DNA of 38,512 nt from Octopus bimaculoides (taxonomy: Eukaryota): assembly GCF_001194135.2 (NCBI RefSeq), contig NC_068986.1, positions 25,241,304-25,279,815 on the forward strand. Reading direction: 5' to 3'. The notes under the pieces are model-generated. The model saw only the letters and a program-made list of their open reading frames with translations, did no database searches and was not told where the DNA came from. This document shows positions 12,348 to 22,700 of the stretch, in pieces; within the stretch, counting starts at the first letter, position 1; each line of letters starts with the position of its first letter. A program made the translations under genes and the position numbers.

Positions 12348-14691
12348 CTTTCTTTTGTTTTTTTTTGTGTTGCCTTGTAATTAAATTGCAATTCAATTAA
12401 CTGTTTCTAAAATTTTCTTAACATGAAATTTGAGCTGAACTTGAGTTTTAGAAGGATAACAATAATAAACTCCATTTTTTAAAAATTTTTTAATTTTTTA
12501 TGTGTTATGTTGCTTGTCTTTGTTTGGTTTCTACCATGTATACATGTTGCTAATACCCAGATCTGAAGCAAGATTAGTTTACTGCTAATGTTCCTTGTTC
12601 TGTTCACTGTAGAAAGTAAAAATACTTTTACATAAGTATTGGATACAGCCCTACTCAATGTGGCAAAGTGTCTCTACATGGCTGCCTGGCTTCCTAGAAA
12701 TAGCAACCAAATTTCCCTCAATTAAAAGAAATGGTGCTAAGTAATTATCTTAGATGCATTGTCTGAATAAAAGATAGATGGTTAAAGCCTTTGATCAAAG
12801 ATCTGATTTATCAAAATGACCCGTTCCATTTTTTTTTTCTCTTTAAAAGATAATGTGTAATTGGGGGGAAGGGGTAATTTAGTTGTGATTTCTAGCAAGC
12901 CAAGCAGTCACCACATAGACTTCCTTATAGATACATATGTATTAGTTATTAGTGATGCATGTGAAGGGAACTGCAGTAGCTTCAACCAGACGTTTAAACC
13001 ACATATTCAGTCTCAGTTTGTCATGCTGTGTCTGTCACACATTTCGCTATTTATTAACATACCTATTTATTACAAACCCGTTAGCTATAGAACAGAATGA
13101 AGTAACAAAGTAACAGTTTCATTACAAACTTTTACTGTTCACTGATACTTGGCTCCATTGTATCTGTCTGATTTCTGTGATTTTTTTTTTTTTTGTATTT
13201 TTTCTTTCTTTCTGTAAATTGTTTTAATAAAGTTGACCAAGTTGTAAGTAGTCAACAAAAGACTTCTGATAGTATTAAGACTNNNNNNNNNNNNNNNNNN
13301 NNNNNNNNNNNNNNNNNNNNNNNNNNNNNNNNNNNNNNNNNNNNNNNNNNNNNNNNNNNNNNNNNNNNNNNNNNNNNNNNNNNNNNNNNNNNNNNNNNNN
13401 NNNNNNNNNNNNNNNNNNNNNNNNNNNNNNNNNNNNNNNNNNNNNNNNNNNNNNNNNNNNNNNNNNNNNNNNNNNNNNNNNNNNNNNNNNNNNNNNNNNN
13501 NNNNNNNNNNNNNNNNNNNNNNNNNNNNNNNNNNNNNNNNNNNNNNNNNNNNNNNNNNNNNNNNNNNNNNNNNNNNNNNNNNNNNNNNNNNNNNNNNNNN
13601 NNNNNNNNNNNNNNNNNNNNNNNNNNNNNNNNNNNNNNNNNNNNNNNNNNNNNNNNNNNNNNNNNNNNNNNNNNNNNNNNNNNNNNNNNNNNNNNNNNNN
13701 NNNNNNNNNNNNNNNNNNNNNNNNNNNNNNNNNNNNNNNNNNNNNNNNNNNNNNNNNNNNNNNNNNNNNNNNNNNNNNNNNNNNNNNNNNNNNNNNNNNN
13801 NNNNNNNNNNNNNNNNNNNNNNNNNNNNNNNNNNNNNNNNNNNNNNNNNNNNNNNNNNNNNNNNNNNNNNNNNNNNNNNNNNNNNNNNNNNNNNNNNNNN
13901 NNNNNNNNNNNNNNNAAAACTGGGAAAGAACCAGGTGTCTTTTTTCAATCCTTGCATAATGAACTCAACTAAAGATATCTTAGCACCAGGTGGCAGTGTT
14001 GTTAATTCTTTTGGTACCAGCCAATCAGAGATGAGCCTTAGTTCTTTGGAACAAAATTTCTCATTTTAAAATATATTTATTTCTAGATAAAAAACTTTTC
14101 ATCATAATATTAAGAATCTTATTTTGGATTACGTTCTAAACAAACTTTCAATGCAGACATGAATATGAAAATTAGTTCTATTTTAGAATAAAGAAGTGTG
14201 TGTGTGTGGTAGTGTGAGGCTGCAGGAGGGACACATCATCATGGATAAGATTACAAGCTATGAAAGAACCTTGACAAACCAATTAATAAATTAATTTATC
14301 AAATTAAGTGATAAAACTGAAATGAACTGCACCCACTGTATGTGTTTTAATTGACAGTATGAACCTCCCAAAGTGTAGCAAGTGATAGTTATTTGATTAA
14401 ATCCTCTCCAAATCCTTCATTAGTTAAAATGAAATAATGAAAACATCTAGGCACTATATTTCATTCAAAATATGATCACAAAAGGTTTATAGGGAGTAAA
14501 TTCCAAATGTGACTCACCCAATGAGCAAAATATTTTTCTATATTTATCTGAATATTTCAAATTACTGTTTTCAACTACTGCTACAACTAATAACAGTGAT
14601 TATTAGATTTCACCAGGAAGTTACAGTTAATTGTTCACTGTAAATTTCTTTCAGTGTTAAACTTACATGGAATTAAAATTTCTTCCATTAA

Positions 14692-14900
14692 CCCCTTAGC
14701 ATTTAAACCAGCCATATCCAGCCCGATTATTCTACCCATTTTATGTTCAGACTGGCCATATCTAGCATCTCACACCTACCCTGCAATATCATTCTAAAAA
14801 TAAACATCTTCAAAGTCTCTAAGTTACAAAATAATTGATTGATTTTTAAAAATGTGAATTGATAAGCTTTGTTTCACAGAATAAGCTGAATGCTAATGGG
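14692..14900 (+). mobile_element. TTAA-flanked piggyBac-like MITE
   Basis: TTAA on both sides, TIRs CCCCTTAGCATT / rc CCCATTAGCATT; internal sequence recurs at 5261, 6927 and 35972. Confidence 0.8.
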
Positions 14901-15094
14901 TTAATGATTTTTCATTTTCTCCCCCTTTTTTTTTTTTAATACAAATTGGAGGATATTTTAAATCCTTTTTAATAATGATTGCTTGGGTTCTTTTTCAGCG
15001 CCTTCACCAAAAATTGATTCTCTTAAATGGTTCAATAAGAAAAGATGTAAGTAACAGCCTTTTTGTTTTTATCCCTTAAATTTTTGCTTTCATA

Positions 15095-15328
15095 TACTCT
15101 TTTACTCTTTTACTTGTTTCAGTCATTTGACTGTAGCCATGCTGGAGCACCGCCTTTAGTCGAGCAAATCGACCCCAGGAATTATTCTTTGTAAGCCTAG
15201 TACTTATTCTATCGGTCTCTTTTGCCGAACCGCTAAGTTACGGGAACGTAAACACACCAGCATCGTAAACACCCCCCAACATCGCTTGACAACCGATGCT
15301 GGGGGGACAAAAACAGTCACACAAACAT

Positions 15329-15390
<62 letters not shown>

Positions 15391-15518
15391 TCCGGGCTTC
15401 TTTCAGTTTCCGTCTACCAAATTCACTCACAAGGCTTTGGTCAGCCCGAGGTTATAGTAGAAGACACTTGCCCAAGATGCCACACAGTGGGACTGAACCC
15501 AGAACCATGTGGTTGGTA
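15095..15518 (-). mobile_element. SINE family A
   Basis: Reverse complement of the family sequence, with a short internal duplication near 15250-15300. Confidence 0.85.
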
Positions 15519-15750
15519 AAACATCCTTTTTCCAAACTTGTTTGATCGCAAACCTAATCAGAGGTTCAAGTTGTGGAGAAAATAGAAAAACGACATGGCA
15601 AATTTGGAGCAAAATAGTTGCATTGGATAGAATTTAGTTTGATTTTGTAATTAGTCTTTAATTGTGGATGTTTTTGGAATTCTTGGTAAGGACAACAAAT
15701 TCTCTGTGTTGTCCTACTGATAGTGTCTTACAAAATACTAAGCTTTACAG

Positions 15751-16013
15751 CAGTGATTCCCAACCATTTATCAGCTATGGACACCCTTTGATTCATATTT
15801 TACTTGGACGGACCCTCGTAACCATTCGATGTTTAAAAATATCTTATGTTTTTATCATTAAATATTATTAGGAATTGTATAAAAAAGAGTTATTAAAATA
15901 TTTTGTGTATTGTAGAAGTATAACCAATTTATTGTACATAAATTTTGATAGCAAAATCTTATAAGGACCCACAAAGGTCATATAGACCTTAGGATCCTAG
16001 TTGGGAACCACTA
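15751..16013. mobile_element. hAT (Charlie-like) MITE
   Basis: TIRs CAGTGATTCCCAAC / rc TAGTGGTTCCCAAC; perfect 8-bp TSD CTTTACAG (15743-15750, 16014-16021). Confidence 0.9.
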
Positions 16014-16130
16014 CTTTACAGCTTGAGTGAGAATGAGAAAATTAAATGCAGAGCTTCTCGAGTCATATACCAGCTAGCTAAAAGTAGGTTTAAAATTGCC
16101 AGCAAAATTCATATTAGAATTTAGCAAATA

Positions 16131-16575
16131 TTCTTTTATTCTTTTACTTGTTTCAGTCATTTTGACTGTCGCCATGTCTGGAACACCACCTTTTTAGTTG
16201 AAGAAATTAACCCCTGGACTTATTTTTTGTAAGCCTGGTACTTATTCTATTGGTCTCTTTTGCTGAACCACTAAGTTACAAGGATGTAAACACACCAACA
16301 TTGGTTGTCAAGCAAAAGGGAGACACACACACACACACACATATATATGTAGTTGAGGTGTGTTTTGTTAAGAATGTATTAGAGTACAAATAGTTTGTTC
16401 ACCTTTTAGAATTCCCAAATAGCCGGTCTTTCAGTTTCCATCTACCAGATTCACTCACAGGACTTTGGTCAGCCCGAGGCTATATAGTAGAAGACACTTG
16501 CCCAAGGTGCCATGCAGTGGGACTGAACCCTGAACCATGTGATTGGGAAGCAAGCTTCTCACCACACAGCCACGC
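16131..16575 (-). mobile_element. SINE family A
   Basis: Reverse complement of the family sequence. Confidence 0.8.
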
Positions 16576-16714
16576 TTATGCTTAGGTATACTTCTAAATA
16601 TCTTTATTTTCACCTCACTCTTTGAGTACATTTGATTACAGTCTTGTATCATTGCTCCAAACAACTTTTCTATACTGATATGTGATCCATTTGAAAATTA
16701 GACGCACTCTTGTG

Positions 16715-16926
16715 AGCTTTAACTCTTTTCTTACCATTTTTCTACACTGTTTTTAATTTTGAAAATAATGAAGAATTTAGTAAAATACTTTGTAATTATT
16801 AAACTGGTGTTTGGAACCTGAATTAATATGAAATTTTGATGGAAGGTTTTAATTTAGAACTCTTGAAATCAAAAAGTATCACAGCACCAGTGGTGGTCAC
16901 AAGCAGGTTGGTTTCAAAAGGATTAA
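16715..16926. mobile_element. Second degenerate TTAA-type MITE family
   Basis: Ends ttaactctttt...aaaaggattaa form imperfect TIRs with TTAA. Confidence 0.4.
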
Positions 16927-17001
16927 GAAAAGGATTAAATATATATTATACATGGTTAGCATGAGAAAAGGATTAAATATATATTATACATGGTTAGCAT
17001 G
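16926..17001. repeat. Exact 38-bp tandem duplication
   Basis: agaaaaggattaaatatatattatacatggttagcatg x2. Confidence 0.9.
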
Positions 17002-17269
17002 ACAGACTAAGATGAAGGTAAGTAGCAAAGGACACAAGAGTCTAAAAGTAACTCAGAAGCAAATTTGCTTTGCTATAGCAAGTCAGTAGGCAGGAAATTG
17101 GTAGGATTCCTGGTAGATTGATATGAAACTTGATTTTTGAAAATGCTCTAGATGCAATGGAACAGTTAGTAGCAGGCATAATGAGTTGAAGATCAGGAAC
17201 TGTTTAGACAGCTTGCTATAATTTTAAAAAAAAGAAAAGAAAAAAAAAACTTTGCTAAACAAATCAACA

Positions 17270-17470
17270 AGTAAGCCTCCAAATGGTTGCTAGACCTGCT
17301 AGAAATAGCAGCCAAATCTCACTCAGATCACACATATGATCTTGAAAAGTATAGTTCTGTCGGATAATGTATTCCTGGGTATTCTTAAAATGATAGGATT
17401 GTTCAGGTTGGAATGTCTCTGATCACAAGTTTGTTTGATTTTGGCTGATCTGGGGTTAAACAACAACAAT
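17270..17470. mobile_element. Dispersed repeat family (related copies at about 6680-6760 and 12660-12840)
   Basis: Shared ctagaaatagcagccaaat and tgatcaaag...gggttaaacaac blocks. Confidence 0.5.
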
Positions 17471-17837
17471 TAGTACTTGAAATGGATCTGTGAAAATATT
17501 GTGATTAGTGTTAAAGGATGGGAGATGCTCAGAGACCAGTTAACTATGTTGGTTATAAAGAGTTTCTTCCTTGATATAGAAAAGCAAATTGAAACTGGTT
17601 CAGTATAACACTGGAGAGCAGAGAGTGTTCAAGAGATCATCAAATGGATAGGAATGATTTCAGAATATATATTGGATATGCAATATTATGTGTGTAAGAT
17701 AATAGCAGAAAACGGTTGGCAGCAGAGACTAACTAAGATAGTGTGGTAAGTATAAGGTTTTAAAGCTTTCACCAGCAATAAGGTTGAATCCAGAAACACA
17801 GGCTAACAAAGGTATTGGATTGCCAGGCTTAACCCTT

Positions 17838-18465
17838 TTAATAATAATAATGATAATGAAATTATTGTATAAAGTGCACATAAAGCATATGCAGTAATGT
17901 ACAAATGTCTGGAAAGTGAACAGTGTATGAGTTAGATACATGTTTGCGTGTGTATGGAGGGGAGAAAATCAGGTGTAGTGTTGGCGAATCTCAGGAAGCA
18001 TGGAAGTTTTGAAGGATGCAGTGCTCCGACAACTAACAACTGATGCTGGCAGTTTGTTCCATACAACTCTTAGCGTGAAAAAGTGTTTCCGAAAGTCATG
18101 GGAGCTGTGATGTTTTCTGACTTTGTAAACATGTCCACAGGTGTTAGACAGGTGGAGTTTGAAAAGGTGCTCAGAGTTATTGTTAGTAAGATGGTTAATA
18201 ATTTTATGGGCGTCTGCCAAGTCAGCTGCCAGATGTCGGAGTTTCAATGTATCCATACCCAGGGAAGTAAGGCATTCAGAATATGGCAAATGCCTGATGG
18301 AGGGTATTCTCCTGGTTGCACGTCACTGAACGGTTTCCAGATGATTAATATCCTGGGCAAGATAGGGGTTCCAGACCGGAGACGCAAATTCCAGGTGAGG
18401 CTGCACCATAGCTACAAACCTGCCTGAGACAATTCTTGTTCAGTGAGACAAACTCTGTTACAAAG
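17838..18465 (-). mobile_element. 5'-truncated CR1/L2-type LINE, 3' end of ORF2 plus UTR and (ATT)n tail
   Basis: Translates to PHLEFASPVWNPYL...LETVQ*RATR, then RHLAADL..., TCGHVYK, RKHFFTLRVVWNKLP...SFK, the typical CR1 C-terminal motifs; simple-repeat tail at 17838-17865. Confidence 0.88.
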
Positions 18466-19259
18466 TGATTAAAATTAAAACCTTCCATCAAAATCACATG
18501 TTTATTTATGTTCCAGAACTTTATTTAATAATGACAAATATTTTGTGGAATTTTTCACTTTCAAAATCAATTGAAACAAAGTTTGGTATTTCAACAAATA
18601 TAACAAAAGGAGTAATAAAGAAATGGCAGATCAGTTCGACGAGAGAACTGCTGCTTGAATTAAAGAGAAGTAGCACTGTTATTCTAATTAGTTTATAAAA
18701 GAGTAAAGTAGGGTACCTATTGATATGTAATGAGTGTTTCTCCTTACTGCATAATAGTTAGCTTTTCACAGCTTTCATCACCATCATTTTTATGTTGATT
18801 TTTACCATCCCAGTATGAGCTGTGTGAGACTTATTGACGCTGTATTCTATAGCAAGATTCTGTCACCAACCCTTGTTTTTCAAATAAGGTACTCTTTTCA
18901 CTGGTTTTCACACATGCAAACCAACAAAACTGCTAAGGTAAGGAACACATTACTTATAGAAGATGTAAATAAACATCACTGTTACTCCAACGGTTTCAAT
19001 GTGAAAACAAAGGAGCACACTCACATTTGTGCCACTCAAGCTCACTCTCATTTACTAAATTTCACTCACAAAACATTGGTTCGCCTAAGGCTGGAGTAGA
19101 AGACATTAACCCAAGGTGCCACACGGCAAGATGGAACCTGAACCTTGAAGTTGTGAAGTGAGTTATTAAAAGTTCGATATCTTTTAAGTACTCTAGCCAA
19201 TGTAGGCAGCAACTTGATTTTTCGCATCTAAAAGTAATTTAAATAATGTGTGGTGTTAC

Positions 19260-19480
19260 ATGTGGTGTTATGCGCTGTGATGAGCTATGTGTTGTTGGTG
19301 GAGAGGGATCGCAGATGAAGCAAACGGAAGTGAAGACAGACCGGAAGGGCCGGCGGAAATCGGCCACATGCGAATGCGTGGACAGCGAGCACGTGTGGTC
19401 AGTTCGAACATAGACGGCGTGTGTAGAAGACGTGGTTTGATCTGGAGTGATTGTTTACCCCGCCACGGTCGACAAGGTAA
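19260..19480 (+). promoter_or_regulatory. CpG-rich promoter region with clustered ETS-type GGAA motifs
   Basis: CGGAAGT 19325-19331, CCGGAAG 19341-19347 and GCGGAAAT 19353-19360 in a CpG-dense patch within CpG-poor DNA, directly upstream of the first donor. Confidence 0.65.
19330..19476 (+). other. Putative first exon of the TRIM gene (start approximate), followed by a 103-nt intron 19477-19579
   Basis: GC/CpG-rich segment ending in a strong donor CAAG|GTAAGG; pyrimidine-rich intron ending tacag just before the RING exon. Confidence 0.7.
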
Positions 19481-19599
19481 GGTCGCAGTATTTCATTCTC
19501 CCTTTTGCTTCTTGTCTTTTTCCTCCATCACACCACATAATGTAACAATTCCTTTTTTACATATTCTTGTTTGATACAGACCTGTTTTCCTGCACTGTA

Positions 19600-19732
19600 A
19601 TGGAGGAGGAACTATCATGTCCTGTTTGTCTGGAGCTCTTTGCTGATCCTTTACTGTTGCCTTGTTCACACAGCATATGCAAAAAATGTTTGCAAGATTT
19701 AGTAGCATCTGACGGCGAAATTGGACGAGAAG
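19600..19732 (+). CDS. TRIM coding exon 1: N-terminal part of RING ([30 protein letters not shown])
   Basis: ATG in strong context (gtaATGg); C-x2-C...C-x-H-x2-C-x2-C; donor AG|GTAAGA at 19733, phase 1; acceptor tacag| ending at 19579. Confidence 0.93.
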
Positions 19733-22700
19733 GTAAGAGAAATATTTTCATAGTTCATTTTGGTCTATTATTGATTGAATTATTCTTTACATGTGGCACC
19801 ATAGTTATTTTATTTGGGAGGAATTTTATTAAGCAGGCTGCAATGCCAAGGAAACACATTTGTATATGTAAACTAAACTGGGTAGATTTCTATAATAGTG
19901 TCATAGAATTGATTAAATATCTGCTCCCTTGGATTGGATTGTCCATTTCCAGCCCATTTCAGGACAAGGGCCCTCAGCATATTCTCTTCACCAACCACAG
20001 TCCATGTGAAGGCCATGAATTTGAGCTCGAGATCATACTGGTTTGATGAGTTTACTCAGCCACACTGGCTTGACACAGCTTGGCAGAGGGCTGCAGTTTT
20101 TATACCCACAGCCAGGAGTAGTTATGTTGATTACATAAATCCCAGTCCTCAACTGGTACGTATTTTATCAACCCCGAAAGGATGAAAAGCAAAGTCAACT
20201 TCAGTGATATTTGAACATAGGATGTAAAGATGGATGAAATACTAAGCATTTTGTCCAGCATGCTAACACTTTTGCCAGCGCTCTTTATTTGGATTCATCT
20301 GTCAGCAACTTTCAGTTAAGCTGTTGAGGTGACTGTCACCAGAGCATTGGATTGTATGCATTGCAGATTTCATTCAGCTGTCAGTGTTCTGAGCTGAATA
20401 TCTGTTGAGGTCAACTTTGTTTTATATTTTTTAGGTCAACAATTAAAGTACAAGTGACACTGGAAGAAATCACCTGTTCTGATTTGGAGATAGATGGCTC
20501 CACCAGGTTTAAAATACCCAAGACCTATTACATGTCATGACTCCATCAGAAATTGAGGTACCAAAACAAGGGAACTTGCATTGAACATGGTGATGAATGC
20601 ACCATATATCTCATTACTGAATTTCATCTTTTAATAGCTGAGTGTGGAGAAAGGGGAAGTGCTTATGGCCTTCACAGGCCCTCAGAGTAGTGAGATTGAT
20701 GCCATTAATGCTCCATTTGTATCTTTGTAAGTCAACATTTGCAGGAAAGAAATAAGGAGGGAGGAGTTGCAGAATGTCAGTGTTCTGGAAAGAAGGACTG
20801 AGTGTAGTGATTAGTGCAAGGTCTAGGGGTTGGACAAAACAAGAATGATGGGAGGAATGGAAAGAGTGGAAAAGAAATGCTTTAGTGGAGCTGAGATGAG
20901 CCTAATCAGTGACAAAGAGCAGAGTTCTGTTATAGTAGTAGTAGTAGTAGTAGAAAAAAGTAGAGAAAGAAAACAGTGCATTCATGGGCAAGAGGGTGGA
21001 ATGTACCTGTGAGTAACTTAATATGAATCCATTGCCTGGGCCTCTTCTAGATATGATCTTGGATGTTTGTGTGTGCTGTCCCCAAAACAAAATGACAAGA
21101 TTTGAAAGAAAGATCATTGATTCAATAGGCAAGCAATAATATAGATTATGTAATTGACAAACCGTTTATTAGATTATAAATCTAATTTCAAACTTCAACA
21201 TTCTGTCTTCTAGTTTTTCTGTGATAAATATTTGAGTTGCTTAGTTTTATTTATTTATTTATTTTTAGTCTAATCCTGTCATAATGATATTGTAATGTTA
21301 TTTTCCATCATTTCATACAACAAATATTCCAGATATCCTTAAAGTAAATATTTCATCCTTTGGCCTTTGACCTAAATTCCATAACTACTGGTGTGTCTTG
21401 ATGTATTAACATGGTGAAATTAAGCTTTTACTCCCTGTGTGTGTGTGGGGGGGGGGGGCGTGTGTGCGCGCGCATGCGTACATGTGGGAAGTTTTGATTT
21501 TATCACTTTTTATGTAACCGTAGTGATTGTTTCATGTGTGACTCATGCTATCAGAAACAAAAGCAAGCATGATTACAATTAAATTCTCCTGGACACTAAA
21601 ATATTGTAACAATAGATATAGGAGTACTGTGTATGCTTGAGAGAGCAGCAGCCTTTCAAAATATCTATCTCCNNNNNNNNNNGGGGGGGGGGGGCTTAAA
21701 TTTCCACAGTAACACAAAGCTGTACTTTGTACTTAATCACATATTTTTTTCTCCCCTTACTTACAGAGACTCGCTGTCCAACCTGTCGAAATCCCTTGCT
21801 TTTATCAGAAAATAACATTGATACATTACCACGAAATTTGGCTTTGGAAAACATAGTAATTCGGTTTCAAGAAATCTGTAGCAATTCTTTGATGAAAAGC
21901 AAAAGCCATAATTTATCTTCAAAATCACAATTTCTTTTAAATAAAGATCTGAATGTTCCAGGAATTTCGGAAGAATCTAAAGAATTTTGCGAATTATGTG
22001 AAGGTAAATTTTGTGCCAAGGCTGAATGGTTTTGTCAACAATGTACAGTGCTTTATTGTCAGGATTGTTTAGACAAATTTCATCCCCGCAGGGGATCACT
22101 GAGTCACCACCGGATTTGTAAAGCTCTTAAAAGTACAATTGAAAACAAGCCAATATTTTGTGGTGACCATAAGTCTGAAATGACCAGTGTTTTTTGTGAT
22201 TCTTGTAAGACTTTGGCATGTCCTCTCTGTGTTTGTGATGGCATTGGCAAACATGCTGGACATATGATACTCACTAAAGATGTAGCTTCAGAACAAATAA
22301 AGGTAAGTGTTTAATAAAATTTCAACAGGAAATGTGAGAAATAAAATTCTTTGTAGCCTTAGCAGTGATCAGCAAGATGAATGTTTTGTTTTAGATACAT
22401 CTTCTTAAAGTCTATTTCTGTTGTCTAATTTCAGAAATCCTTCTTTTCAATGATGATCTATTGTTTCTATTGTAATATAATGCAAAAAGAACAATCTCTA
22501 GTAGCAGCTGAAAACTGTACAGGTTAAAGAGCTTTCTATGTATCCTACTTGGCGTACACCATTCACAAGCATGAAGTTACTGCAGTTTTCATTTGAGATA
22601 AAATCTCTTGTGGATATGCTGTGGTTAAGAACATAGCATGTATACATATGTATATTGTGAGATGGAAAATCATTTTGGCTGTTATTAGCAAGAATATCAG

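Noticed and set aside
13139-13972. Long ORFs of 259-272 aa (also 23518-24147 and 23682-24029)
   Set aside because: Artefacts of N-runs translated as X.
21437-21487. GT/CG/G-run tract with Z-DNA potential
   Set aside because: Short microsatellite mixture of a kind common in such genomes; no sign of function.
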